Assembly: GCA_021162125.1 (NCBI GenBank)
Contig: JAGGZG010000298.1
Span: forward strand, 1-35,845
DNA length: 35,845 bases
Direction of reading: 5' to 3'
DNA from: Anaerolineae bacterium
GTDB taxonomy: Bacteria > Chloroflexota > Anaerolineae > JACIWR01
Shown: positions 1 through 8,696 of the stretch, one piece after another
How the letters are laid out: each line of letters starts with the position of its first letter
How positions within the stretch are numbered: position 1 is the first letter of the stretch
Notes under the pieces: model-generated
What the model saw: only the letters and a program-made list of their open reading frames with translations
Databases searched by the model: none
What the model was told of the DNA's origin: nothing
Position numbers and translations under genes: made by a program

Positions 1-1
1 C

Positions 2-145
2 GCCCTGGAGCTGACTCCTACACAGTTGCGCGTTGGTAACCTGGTCGCCCGGCCACCGGACGAGCGGCGGCCGCGCCACGTTCGCCCCGAGATGGCTTTC
101 GTCAGCCAGGGGCGGATCGTGGTCGAGTCCTGGGGCTCAAAATAG
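2..145 (+). CDS. minC: septum site-determining protein MinC, C-terminal fragment (gene runs off the left edge)
   Basis: Frame-2 translation reads ALELTPTQLRVGNLVARPPDERRPRHVRPEMAFVSQGRIVVESWGSK, then TAG at 143-145. The TQLRx...EMAF/Y-V..G.IVV pattern resembles the MinC C-terminal end. It lies directly upstream of minD-minE. It is too short to appear in the ORF track. Confidence 0.6.
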   Translation, partial: ALELTPTQLRVGNLVARPPDERRPRHVRPEMAFVSQGRIVVESWGSK

Positions 146-180
146 CTTACAAGTAGGGCCCGCGTTCGCTAAGAACGTAT

Positions 181-209
181 TTGAGTTTCCCGGCTATATG
201 TAGTAAAAT
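181..209 (+). promoter_or_regulatory. candidate sigma70-type promoter for minDE (TTGAGT-17 nt-TAAAAT)
   Basis: TTGAGT at 181-186 and TAAAAT at 204-209 with a 17-nt spacer, about 40 nt upstream of the minD ATG. Sequence match only. Confidence 0.35.
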
Positions 210-250
210 GAGTGCTGGGGGGGTAACGAACAATCGCCAGGAGAGAAACC

Positions 251-1048
251 ATGGCTGCACGCATCCTGACCATCACCTCCGGAAAAGGGGGAGTGGGTAA
301 GACCACCGCTACCGCCAACCTGGGAGCTGCCCTCGCTCTACAAGGCCAGCGAGTGGTGACCATTGACGCTGACATCGGCCTGCGCAACCTGGACGTGGTG
401 ATGGGTCTCGAAAACCGCATCGTCTACGACCTGGTGGACGTGGTGGAGGGTCGTTGCCGGCTGCGGCAGGCGATGATCAGAGACAAGCGGCTCAGCGAGC
501 TGTACCTGTTACCCGCCGCCCAGACGCGCGACAAGACTGCCGTCAGCCCGGAGGACATGGTGCGCCTCACCGACCAACTGCGCCCGGAATTCGATTTCGT
601 CATCATTGACTCGCCAGCGGGCATAGAACGGGGATTCAAAAACGCCATTGCCCCGGCGGATGAGATTCTGATCATCACCACCCCAGAGGTGTCCGCCGTG
701 CGCGATGCCGATCGCATCATCGGTCTGGTGGAGGCCGAGGAGAAGGACACCACTTATCTGATAATCAACCGCCTCCGGCCCGATATGATCCGGCGTGAGG
801 ACATGCTGGCCACCAGCGACGTAGTCGAACTGCTGGCCATTGACCTGATCGGGATTGTCCCCGAGGACGAGCACATCATCATCTCCACGAACCGGGGCCG
901 GCCGGTTGCGCTGGATAACAACTCGCCCGCTGGACAGGCATTTCGCAACATCGCTCGCCGGGTGATTGGTGAGGATGTGCCTTTCATGGTCATCCGCGAG
1001 AACCCCAGCCTTATGGATCGTCTGGCTCGCCTGGTGCGTGGCCGGTAA
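251..1048 (+). CDS. minD: septum site-determining ATPase MinD
   Basis: 265-aa ORF with the deviant Walker A motif SGKGGVGKTT at the N-terminus. It shows full-length MinD/ParA-type similarity (LGAALA..G..V..IDADIGLRNLD). GGAGAG RBS upstream; followed by minE. Confidence 0.95.
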   Translation: MAARILTITSGKGGVGKTTATANLGAALALQGQRVVTIDADIGLRNLDVVMGLENRIVYDLVDVVEGRCRLRQAMIRDKRLSELYLLPAAQTRDKTAVSPEDMVRLTDQLRPEFDFVIIDSPAGIERGFKNAIAPADEILIITTPEVSAVRDADRIIGLVEAEEKDTTYLIINRLRPDMIRREDMLATSDVVELLAIDLIGIVPEDEHIIISTNRGRPVALDNNSPAGQAFRNIARRVIGEDVPFMVIRENPSLMDRLARLVRGR

Positions 1049-1137
1049 TCAAAGGCGAAAGGGCTGGAACAGCAGAAGTGTGCCGGCCCACATCGTTGAT
1101 GAACGAATACCATCGCACAGATCACCAAGAGGGGAAC

Positions 1138-1404
1138 ATGAGCATCTGGGACAAGTTGCTGGGACGACGTGAGCCTACCAGCCGCGAGGTTGCCCGCGAG
1201 CGGCTGCAATTGGTGCTGGTGCACGACCGGGCGAAAATCTCTCCCCAGCTTTTGCAGACACTGAAGGACGAGATCATTGCCGTTATCTCCCGGCACGTGG
1301 ATATTGATCGCGAGGGCGTGGAGGTAACTTTCACCCGGAGCAGGCGTCAGAGCCGACTGGTGGCCAACATTCCACTGCAGGGTAGTCGTCAGCGGCGGAA
1401 ATGA
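1138..1404 (+). CDS. minE: cell division topological specificity factor MinE
   Basis: The ORF track starts at 1078, but the in-frame ATG at 1138 is preceded by AAGAGGGGA. The product begins MSIWDKLLGRREPTSREVARERLQLVLVHDR, which is the typical MinE N-terminus. It sits immediately after minD. Confidence 0.85.
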   Translation: MSIWDKLLGRREPTSREVARERLQLVLVHDRAKISPQLLQTLKDEIIAVISRHVDIDREGVEVTFTRSRRQSRLVANIPLQGSRQRRK

Positions 1405-1482
1405 GAGCACGGCTGCGCACGTTCTGACAAACGCAACTGGCCCACACGTCGGCCCTGCGCGTCTAATTAGGTATCCGTAAAC

Positions 1483-2574
1483 ATGGACCGAAGAATCTGG
1501 CGACGATTTGACTTCGTCCTGCTGGCCACCATCATCCTGTTGATTATCTTTGGGGTGGCCATGATCTACAGCGCGACGATCAATACCCCTGGACTGGAAG
1601 GCCTGGCAACCCGTCAGGCCCTTTATGCGCTGGGGGGTCTGCTGCTGATGTTCGTGGTGGCCGCCATTGACTACCGCTTCTACGAGCACTTCGCCAAGCT
1701 CATTTACGTGATCACTTTGCTTTTGCTAGGCGTGGTATTCGCCCTGGGGCAAACCATGTTCGGCGCGCAGCGCAGTATCAGCCTGGGCCTGTTCCCCATA
1801 CAGCCCTCGGAGCTATCGAAAATCCTGCTCATCCTGGTCTTGGCCAGGTTTCTGGCTGTTTATGAAGAACAGATGGACCGCCTGCACATCGTTATTTTCT
1901 CGTTCGTGCTGATGGCTGTCCCTGCCGTGCTAATTTACAAGCAACCAGACCTGGGCACAGCACTGGTCCTGGCTGTGGTCTGGCTGGTCATGATCTCGAT
2001 GGCCGGCCTGCGCCTGCGACACCTGGCCCTTTTCGGCCTGGCGGGTGGATTGGCTACACCGGTGCTCTGGATATCCATACACGATTACATGCGCCGTCGC
2101 CTGCTTCTCTTCCTGAACCCATCCGCCGACCCGGAGGCCAGCTACAACATCGGCCAGGCGTTGATCAGCATCGGCTCCGGCGGGATCTGGGGCAAGGAAT
2201 TCGCCAGCGGTAGCCAAAGCCAACTCCATTTTCTCCGCGTGCGACATACGGATTTTATCTTCTCGGTGATCGCGGAGGAGATGGGACTGGTTGGCTCTCT
2301 GCTGCTCTTTGCCCTGCTGATCATCATTCTCATGCGCATTATCCGCGCCGCGCAACTGGCCCGCGACACCTTTGGCCGGCTGATCGCCTGTGGCGTGGCA
2401 ACGATCATCTTTTTCCAGAGTGTGGTGAACATCGGGATGAATCTGAACCTGCTGCCCGTGACTGGCATCCCTCTGCCCTTCGTCAGCCAGGGAGGCAGCT
2501 CGCTGGTCACCCTTCTTATTGGAATTGGTCTGGTACAGAGCGTAGTCATGCGCCACCGCAAAATCGAGTTCTGA
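1483..2574 (+). CDS. rodA: SEDS-family peptidoglycan glycosyltransferase (RodA/FtsW type, RodA-like by length and context)
   Basis: 363-aa polytopic membrane ORF with SEDS signatures QPSELSKI, KQPDLGTALV, HTDFIFSVIAEEMG and PLPFVSQGGSS. Confidence 0.85.
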   Translation: MDRRIWRRFDFVLLATIILLIIFGVAMIYSATINTPGLEGLATRQALYALGGLLLMFVVAAIDYRFYEHFAKLIYVITLLLLGVVFALGQTMFGAQRSISLGLFPIQPSELSKILLILVLARFLAVYEEQMDRLHIVIFSFVLMAVPAVLIYKQPDLGTALVLAVVWLVMISMAGLRLRHLALFGLAGGLATPVLWISIHDYMRRRLLLFLNPSADPEASYNIGQALISIGSGGIWGKEFASGSQSQLHFLRVRHTDFIFSVIAEEMGLVGSLLLFALLIIILMRIIRAAQLARDTFGRLIACGVATIIFFQSVVNIGMNLNLLPVTGIPLPFVSQGGSSLVTLLIGIGLVQSVVMRHRKIEF

Positions 2575-2585
2575 CGGGATAGCGT

Positions 2586-3596
2586 GTGATGAACGCCCGG
2601 CAGCGCTTCCTGGAGACCGTGCGCCGTGGACGTCCGGATCGCATTCCCTACTACGACTGGGAAGTGCGGGAGGACGTTCTCGAGCAGTGGTACGAACAGG
2701 GAATGCCCCGGGGCATGACCGCCAAAGAGTACTTCGCTTTTGACCGGTGGGAGGTGCTGGGCCATCACGAGGACGTGCCCCTCGTCCTGGACCCTCTGCC
2801 TCGCTTCGAGGGTGAGCTAAAGGGGGGCGCCGATTTCGAGCGTCTCAAACGCTGCTACGACCCCACCACGCCGGGCCGCTATCCCGACGATTGGCCAGCC
2901 CACGTGACCCGCTGGCGAGGGCGCGAGCACGTTCTGGGCATCGTGGTCTGGGAGGGTTTTCTGGAGTCGCTGGCCGTCGGCGACTGGCGCAGCCTGACCA
3001 ACCTGCTCTACCATTTTCACGATGCGCCTGATCTGGTGGAGGATGCTGTTGCTCACCTCACCGACTTCGCCATCGCTACCATCGAGCGGGCGCTGGATGA
3101 GGTCGAGTTCGACTTCGCCATGCTCTACGAGCCCTGTGCCAGCAACCACGCCCCGGTTTTCAGCCCGCAGCACCTGCGACGCTTCATGCTGGCCAACTAC
3201 CGGCGGCTGACATCCTTCCTGCGGGCCAAAGGGATTGACCTGGTCATCGTCTGGACCCAGGGCGCGGTGGGGCCGATGATCCCCGTCTGGATGGAGGGCG
3301 GGATCAACGGGCTGTGGGTGTGCTCGGCGGCGGCGGGCGGGGTGGATTACGCCGAACTGCGGCGGCGCTACGGGCCTGACCTGGTGCTCTTGGGCGGGAT
3401 TGATGCCCGTGCCCTCTACGAGGATCGGGCGGCGATTGACCGTGCAATGGCCCACGTGCCCGCGCTCCTGGCCCAGGGAGCGTACATCCCCATGGCCGAC
3501 GAGCGGGTGCGCTGTGGCGTGCTCTTTGCCAATTACCGCTATTACCGCGAACAGATAAGAAAATTGGCCGAACAGATGTGGAGAACAAAACCATGA
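2586..3596 (+). CDS. uroporphyrinogen decarboxylase (URO-D) family-like protein, function unknown
   Basis: 336-aa ORF; GTG at 2586 is followed at once by ATG at 2589. It shows loose URO-D-like layout: N-terminal R..L..V.RG.PDRIPY, and central and C-terminal blocks resembling the paralog at 11773-12816. It lacks that paralog's H-x-C motif. Its stop overlaps the gltX start (ATGA at 3593-3596). Confidence 0.55.
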   Translation: MMNARQRFLETVRRGRPDRIPYYDWEVREDVLEQWYEQGMPRGMTAKEYFAFDRWEVLGHHEDVPLVLDPLPRFEGELKGGADFERLKRCYDPTTPGRYPDDWPAHVTRWRGREHVLGIVVWEGFLESLAVGDWRSLTNLLYHFHDAPDLVEDAVAHLTDFAIATIERALDEVEFDFAMLYEPCASNHAPVFSPQHLRRFMLANYRRLTSFLRAKGIDLVIVWTQGAVGPMIPVWMEGGINGLWVCSAAAGGVDYAELRRRYGPDLVLLGGIDARALYEDRAAIDRAMAHVPALLAQGAYIPMADERVRCGVLFANYRYYREQIRKLAEQMWRTKP

Positions 3597-5122
3597 CCGA
3601 CAAACCAGTGCGCGTACGCTTTGCCCCCAGCCCGACTGGGGATCCGCACATTGGCAACGTGCGAACGGTGGTCTTCAATTGGCTCTTTGCCCGCAAGATG
3701 GGCGGGCAGTTTATCTTGCGCATTGAGGACACAGACCGGACACGGTACCGGCCGGAGAGTGTCACCGTCATTATGGATGGGCTGCGCTGGCTTGGGCTGG
3801 ACTGGGACGAGGGGCCAGGAGTGGAGGAGTTACAGCGTTTGGGCGTGGAGAACGCTGAGGAGTACGCCGTCGGTGGGCCTTATGGGCCGTACGTCCAGTC
3901 CGAGCGGGTGGAGCTTTACAGGCAGGTAGCGGAGGAACTGATTGAGCGAGGCTGGGCTTACCGTTGTAACTGCACGCCCGAGCGATTGGAGCGGGTGCGT
4001 GAGATGCAGCGCGCGCGCAAGCTGCCAGTGATGTACGATCGCCACTGCCGCAACCTCCCATCGGGCGCCATCTCCCCAGACGAACCCCACGTCATCCGGC
4101 TCAAGGTCCCGCTGGAGGGCCGCACCGTCGTCCACGATGTCATCAAAGGGGATGTGGTTTTCGAGAATGCCGGCATAGACGACCAGATTCTCCTCAAGTC
4201 AGATGGCTTCCCCACCTATCACTTGGCGGTGGTGGTGGATGACCACTACATGAAGATCACCCATATCGCCCGTGGTGACGATTGGATCTCCAGCACCCCC
4301 AAGCGTATTTTGATCTACCGGGCAATGGGGTGGGAGGTCCCGACTTACTGCCACGTCCCACTGGTCAAGGGCCCCGACGGCAAGAAACTCTCCAAGCGGC
4401 ACGGCGCTACTTCTATCACCGAGTTCCGTAACCAGGGGTATCTGCCAGAGGCACTTTTCAACTTCCTGGCTCTTCTAGGTTGGGCACCAGGAGGAGGGGA
4501 GGAGCAGGAGATCTTCAGTCGGGAGGAGCTGATCGAGCGGTTCGACTTATTCCGCGTCAATCGCGCCCCGGCCGCGTTCTCCTATGACAAGCTCGAGTGG
4601 ATGAACGGGGTGTACATCCGCCAACTGGCGGCGGATGACCTGGCCGAGCGGCTGGTGCCTTTCCTGGCGGCGGGACTGGGCATCGAGGAGAGTGAGTTAA
4701 GGAGACGGAAGGAACTAAGAGAACTGATACCCCTCGTACGGGAGCGTCTCAAGACCCTGGCCGACATCGTGGCCCTGGCCGATTTCTTTTTCCTTGAGGA
4801 GATCTCCTACGATCCCCAGCTCCTCATCGCCAAGAAGATGACCGCCGCCGATTGCGCTGCGGCCCTGGATCGGGCCATAGAGATTCTGGAGAGCCTGCCC
4901 GACTTTTCGGAGGAGACGCTGGAGACAGCCCTGCGCGGACTGGCCAGTGATCTGGGTCTGAAAGCCGGCCAACTGTTCGGTATTATCCGCGTGGCTGTCA
5001 CCGGTAAGAGAGTCGCCCCTCCCCTGTTTGGCACGCTGCGCATCCTGGGCCGTGAGCGCGTACTGTCCCGTTTGGCCCGTGCCCGCGAGGCTCTACGCCG
5101 TCTGGCCGAGCAAGACGGCTGA
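3593..5122 (+). CDS. gltX: glutamate--tRNA ligase (GluRS)
   Basis: Class I signature PSPTGDPHIGNVRT (HIGH) and KLSKRHG (KMSKS), plus the RIEDTD block. I chose the ATG at 3593 (ATGA overlap with the upstream stop); the ORF track alternative is 3578. Confidence 0.95.
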   Translation: MTDKPVRVRFAPSPTGDPHIGNVRTVVFNWLFARKMGGQFILRIEDTDRTRYRPESVTVIMDGLRWLGLDWDEGPGVEELQRLGVENAEEYAVGGPYGPYVQSERVELYRQVAEELIERGWAYRCNCTPERLERVREMQRARKLPVMYDRHCRNLPSGAISPDEPHVIRLKVPLEGRTVVHDVIKGDVVFENAGIDDQILLKSDGFPTYHLAVVVDDHYMKITHIARGDDWISSTPKRILIYRAMGWEVPTYCHVPLVKGPDGKKLSKRHGATSITEFRNQGYLPEALFNFLALLGWAPGGGEEQEIFSREELIERFDLFRVNRAPAAFSYDKLEWMNGVYIRQLAADDLAERLVPFLAAGLGIEESELRRRKELRELIPLVRERLKTLADIVALADFFFLEEISYDPQLLIAKKMTAADCAAALDRAIEILESLPDFSEETLETALRGLASDLGLKAGQLFGIIRVAVTGKRVAPPLFGTLRILGRERVLSRLARAREALRRLAEQDG

Positions 5123-5185
5123 GGGAGTTTTGGGCAAGTTAGCCCTTCGGTAGTCTCCCGGTAACGTGTCGGTCGCTCAGACCCG

Positions 5186-5288
5186 CCCGGACGTTCCACG
5201 TCCGGGCTACGAGATGCAAGGCCCTCCGGGCCTCTGGAGCCCCCGAAGGGGGCTTCTCACCTCGTAGCCGGGCGGTTTAGCGCCCGGC
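5186..5288. repeat. compound REP/REPIN-like palindromic element (two GTAG-headed GC-rich hairpins in inverted orientation around a central hairpin)
   Basis: 5186-5210 is cccggacgttccacgtccgggctac; its reverse complement is GTAG + cccggacg/cgtccggg. 5264-5288 is GTAGccgggcggtttagcgcccggc. The flanks ctacgag (5207-5213) and ctcgtag (5261-5267) pair. An inner hairpin agccccc-gaa-gggggct lies near 5238-5256. Confidence 0.5.
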
Positions 5289-5492
5289 GGGGCGGACGAG
5301 GAGCACCAACACACGAGGGGGAGACTACCAACCCTCTCGTAGGTTCCAAACCCGATGCCGCTTTTCGCCCTGGTGGGGAGGGGTCGAAAGCAGCGCTCCT
5401 GTCTCTGTGAACGCAAAAGTTAGTGCCACTGGGCTCCAAACCTGCAGGAGGGTCCGCTCCCCAAGTGAGATGCGTTCTCAGCTTAAAAAATA

Positions 5493-5521
5493 TTGACAAA
5501 CGAGGCAAATTATGTTATTAT
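5493..5521 (+). promoter_or_regulatory. sigma70-type promoter (TTGACA-17 nt-TATTAT) upstream of the LacI-family gene
   Basis: Consensus -35 TTGACA at 5493-5498, a 17-nt spacer and TATTAT at 5516-5521, set in an AT-rich island within GC-rich DNA. Confidence 0.6.
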
Positions 5522-5527
5522 TGCATG

Positions 5528-5545
5528 TGTGCAAACGTATGCACA
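5528..5545. promoter_or_regulatory. LacI/GalR-type operator O1 (TGTGCAAACGTATGCACA)
   Basis: 18-bp near-palindrome (16 of 18 positions self-complementary) with a central CG and TGCAAAC half-sites. It starts 7 nt after the -10 box and so overlaps the predicted transcription start. Confidence 0.6.
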
Positions 5546-5584
5546 ACTCTGGCCCAAGGACGGGCTTAAAGTAAGCTTCGTCAC

Positions 5585-5598
5585 TGCAAACGTGTGCA
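5585..5598. promoter_or_regulatory. LacI/GalR-type operator O2 (TGCAAACGTGTGCA)
   Basis: Second copy of the TGCAAACG-centred dyad, 57 nt downstream of O1 and between the promoter and the regulator start codon. Confidence 0.5.
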
Positions 5599-5691
5599 AG
5601 ATATCCCGGATCGAGCGGGACCGAAGCACAGACCCCGTACCTGGGAGCCGCAGAGCACTCTTTTCACAGGGTGAGTTCAGAGGATTGAACG

Positions 5692-6687
5692 ATGAGCGTG
5701 TCCATCAAGGACATCGCCAAAGCAGCCGGCGTCTCCCCCTCCACAGTTTCTCGAGCCCTGCGCGACCATCCTCGGATCAGCCAGCAGACGAAAGAGTACA
5801 TCTGCCGGCTGGCGGTGGAGATGGGCTACACGCCCAGTGCCGTGGCTCGCAGCCTGGTTACTCGACGTACTATGACCATTGGCCTGGTGCTGCCCTCCGT
5901 CTCCGATCCCTTTCTGTCGCAGGTGGTGCTAGGGGTGGAGGAGGTGGCCCTGGACAACGGCTACCGGGTTTTTCTGTGTAGTTTCTACAATGACCCCGTT
6001 CAGGAGAGAAGTATCGTCGAGGCCTTCCTCGAGCACCGCGTGGACGGCATCGTCGTCACTTCTTCGCGCCTCGACACCGCTTATACTGCTTTGCAAGAGC
6101 AGCTTGGTATTCCCATTGTTCTCACTAACTGCCGTGAATACGCTTATTCTGTCTCCACTGACAACCTGCATGGCGGCCGATTGGCCGTGGATTATCTGCT
6201 GCAGTTGGGCCACACACGGATCGGCTACATCGCCACCGATCCCCAAAAGCAGGCAAATAGGAGTCGCCTGGCGGGATACCGGCAGGCTCTGCAAGAGCGA
6301 GGCATCGCCTTTGATCCTGCGCTCGTCGGTGTGGGGGACGGAAGGGCCGAGGGCGGTAAGAGGGGAATGCAGCAGCTTCTGGCTCTGAATCCTCCCCCAA
6401 CGGCGGTTTTCTGCTATAACGATATGACGGCCATTGGGGCAGCAGCAGCCCTCCGCGAGGCGGGACTGCGGGTGCCGGATGATGTCTCACTGGTCGGCTT
6501 TGATGACATAGACTGGGCGGCTTATTCCAATCCCCCGCTCACCACCGTCCGCCAGCCACGCCGTGAGTTGGGCCGGCGAGCCATGCAGATGCTTCTGGAG
6601 CTGCTGGCCGGCGAGGAGTCGCCGACCAAAGTGGTTCTGCAGGGGGAGCTTGTAGTGCGAGCTTCGTGCCGGCCACTCTGGGGCTGA
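5692..6687 (+). CDS. LacI-family transcriptional regulator
   Basis: N-terminal HTH IKDIAKAAGVSPSTVSRALRDHPRISQQTKEYICRLAVEMGYTPSAVARSL, followed by a periplasmic-binding-protein-like sugar-binding core. AGAGGA RBS. Confidence 0.95.
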   Translation: MSVSIKDIAKAAGVSPSTVSRALRDHPRISQQTKEYICRLAVEMGYTPSAVARSLVTRRTMTIGLVLPSVSDPFLSQVVLGVEEVALDNGYRVFLCSFYNDPVQERSIVEAFLEHRVDGIVVTSSRLDTAYTALQEQLGIPIVLTNCREYAYSVSTDNLHGGRLAVDYLLQLGHTRIGYIATDPQKQANRSRLAGYRQALQERGIAFDPALVGVGDGRAEGGKRGMQQLLALNPPPTAVFCYNDMTAIGAAAALREAGLRVPDDVSLVGFDDIDWAAYSNPPLTTVRQPRRELGRRAMQMLLELLAGEESPTKVVLQGELVVRASCRPLWG

Positions 6688-6992
6688 GTGTGCTCCTGGA
6701 TCTGAACGGTGGGGGAGGGAAAGTAAGTATCGGCTCTCCCTGGTGGGGGGCTTGGAGTTCTCTCGGAGAGCGGTTGTTGTGAGACGCTACAACGAATTCG
6801 GAATGGGACGAATAATTGGGTGAAAGGAAATTCGTCTGTTTCCTGGTTCGCTGTGGTGTTGTGGGACAAAATAGGTTTGGCCGGGAGAGCTCGCTCGATG
6901 AAAGGGGGTGATAAACGAGGGGAAATTGGCTGGTTCTTCGGATGCGAGTGTATGAGATTCTCAGAATTACAAATCTCAAAAGGAGGAAAGAA

Positions 6993-8462
6993 ATGACTAC
7001 CCGTAAATGGATGACGATCGTGGCTTTGTTGGCTCTGGTCTCGATGCTGCTACCTGCCTGTGCCACTCCGACGCCAGAAGTCGTCAAGGAGACGGTGGTT
7101 GTTAAAGAGACCGTCCCGGTAACAGTTAAAGAGACAGTAGTCGTCAAGGAAACCGTCGCGGTGCCGACAGGCGGTGAACTGGTCCACCTCGTCGCCCGCT
7201 GCAAGGCCGCCCCGCCCCACGAGGAAGGACGCTGCAACAACCTGCTGGCTGCGGTAGGTGCTGCCAACGCTGCGTTGGCCGAGAAGGGTGACAATCGCCG
7301 CATCGAACTGGAGATCATCCAGGACAACGCGGACTGGGGCGACTACAAGACCGAGTTCGAGCTCGCCTCTGATGCCGGCGAAGCGCCGGACATCATCTGC
7401 TCCGGCCACGAGCACATCGGCGACTGGGCCCCGGCCGGGTACATTACCGACGTCACCGACATGATTGGTGACTATCCCGAATTCGACGATGTGATTGACT
7501 CGTTGTGGAATGCGACCAAGTGGAACGGCAAGATGTGGGGTGTCCCGCAGGACGCCGAGGCCCGCCCGATGTACTTCAACAAGACGAAGCTGAAGGAGCT
7601 GGGCTGGAGCGACGAGGAGATCGCCAGTCTGCCGGATCGCGTCGCCAAGGGCGAGTTCACCTGGGAGGATATGCTCGATACCGCCGAAGCGGCCGTCAAG
7701 GCTGGCGTCGTTGCCGAGGGCAATGGCTGGTGGCATCGTCCCAAGAATGGCCCCGACTTCCTGTACTACTACTACGCCGCTGGTGGCCAGATCCAGGACG
7801 AAGGAGATGCGCTGATCTTCGAGAAGGACGCGGCTCTGAAGGTTTACAAGCTGCTGTACTCGGCTACCCAGGAGCGCGGCATCCTTTCACCTACCCGCCT
7901 GGATGGCGACTGGACGAGCTGGCACACCGGCTGGACGAACGGTGACGTGCTCTTCCTGTTCGGCGGTTCGTGGAACTGGGCCGAGTGGTTCAGCAACTAC
8001 GTCGCCGACCGTGGTGGAGAGGACTACTTGTGGGAGCACTTCGGCTTCTCCGCGATTCCAGCTCTTAAAGAGGGCAAAGACACGCCCATCACCCTGACCC
8101 ACCCGCTGGTGTACATGGTCAGCTCGCAGTGCGAATATCCCGACCTGGCGCTGCTGTTGATCTCCAAGGCGACCACGCCTCAACTCAACACCGACTACGC
8201 CATCGCCAGTGGGCACCTGGGCATCCTGAAGTCCCAGGCAGATTACCCGCCCTACACCAGTAACAAGTTCCTGAGCCAAGTTCTCCCCTTGCTGAAGTTC
8301 ACCACCTTCCTGCCCAACAGCCCCTACTGGAGCGCCTGGTCAGAAGCCTACTACCTCGGCATCCAGTCCGTGGAGTCCGGCGATCTGAAGCCCGAAGAGG
8401 CTCTCGATGTGGTGGTTGAGCAGCTCCAAAACGAGCTTGGTGAGCACGTAGTGATTCGCTAA
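6993..8462 (+). CDS. ABC transporter extracellular solute-binding lipoprotein (sugar-type, family 1)
   Basis: ATG at 6993 is preceded by AAGGAGG. The signal peptide has the lipobox LLPAC. A KETV-repeat linker is followed by a large SBP_bac_1-like domain; permease genes lie downstream. Confidence 0.9.
   Translation: MTTRKWMTIVALLALVSMLLPACATPTPEVVKETVVVKETVPVTVKETVVVKETVAVPTGGELVHLVARCKAAPPHEEGRCNNLLAAVGAANAALAEKGDNRRIELEIIQDNADWGDYKTEFELASDAGEAPDIICSGHEHIGDWAPAGYITDVTDMIGDYPEFDDVIDSLWNATKWNGKMWGVPQDAEARPMYFNKTKLKELGWSDEEIASLPDRVAKGEFTWEDMLDTAEAAVKAGVVAEGNGWWHRPKNGPDFLYYYYAAGGQIQDEGDALIFEKDAALKVYKLLYSATQERGILSPTRLDGDWTSWHTGWTNGDVLFLFGGSWNWAEWFSNYVADRGGEDYLWEHFGFSAIPALKEGKDTPITLTHPLVYMVSSQCEYPDLALLLISKATTPQLNTDYAIASGHLGILKSQADYPPYTSNKFLSQVLPLLKFTTFLPNSPYWSAWSEAYYLGIQSVESGDLKPEEALDVVVEQLQNELGEHVVIR
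7080..7157 (+). repeat. in-frame degenerate tandem repeat encoding (V)VKETV x4 linker after the lipobox
   Basis: The peptide reads VVKETVVVKETVPVTVKETVVVKETV. The DNA units are gtcaaggagacggtg, gttaaagagaccgtc, gttaaagagacagta and gtcaaggaaaccgtc. Confidence 0.85.
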
Positions 8463-8472
8463 TAGCGGTGAA

Positions 8473-8512
8473 AGGCAGGTTGGAGAGGGGGAAGTCCCCC
8501 TCTCCCCTGCCT
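8473..8512 (+). terminator. strong intra-operon stem-loop after the SBP gene (partial terminator or mRNA stabiliser)
   Basis: aggcagg..gagaggggg-aagt-ccccctctc..cctgcct, 11 nt after the SBP stop. No U-tract follows. It is followed by a GTCTAT x3 hexamer repeat at 8517-8534. Confidence 0.45.
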
Positions 8513-8696
8513 CATCGTCTATGTCTATGTCTATCGGGCAGAGATTTATCGAGGATAGACCTGTTCTTGTTTATTACCAGGTGGTCTCCCTGTAATTGTG
8601 TTCCTGTGATTGTGTTGATGAGAAAGCGAGCTTCCTCCAGCCCTATCAATGCAAAACATGAGGAGACCGCCTATCACCAGGGAAGGAGACAACCCA

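Noticed and set aside
754-1689. 311-aa ORF antisense to minD/minE/rodA
   Set aside because: It lies opposite well-supported genes. Its composition is Arg/Pro/Gly/Ser-rich and low in complexity, as expected of shadow ORFs in high-GC DNA. It has no RBS and no recognisable motifs.
5123-5492. Known structured RNA (tmRNA, RNase P RNA, SRP/4.5S RNA, 6S RNA, cobalamin riboswitch) in the long gltX-lacI spacer
   Set aside because: I read both strands. There is no tRNA-like GGTTCGA..CCA 3' end or tag ORF for tmRNA. There is only a 9-nt GTCCGGGCT resemblance to the RNase P GGAAAGTCCGGGCT core, without the rest. There is no SRP GGAAGCAGCC-type motif. A GCCACTG string at about 5426-5432 lacks the surrounding B12-box context and a suitable downstream gene. 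A covariance-model scan would be needed for a definitive answer.
5493-5981. 162-aa ORF starting in the promoter region and overlapping the LacI-family gene out of frame
   Set aside because: It begins at the -35 box, runs through both operators and overlaps a clearly real regulator gene. It has no RBS and an implausible composition.
7080-7157. Tandem repeats at 7080-7157 and 19557-19604 as possible CRISPR or other non-coding arrays
   Set aside because: Both are short in-frame coding repeats (KETV and GLQQ units) inside well-supported genes. They have no spacer-repeat organisation.
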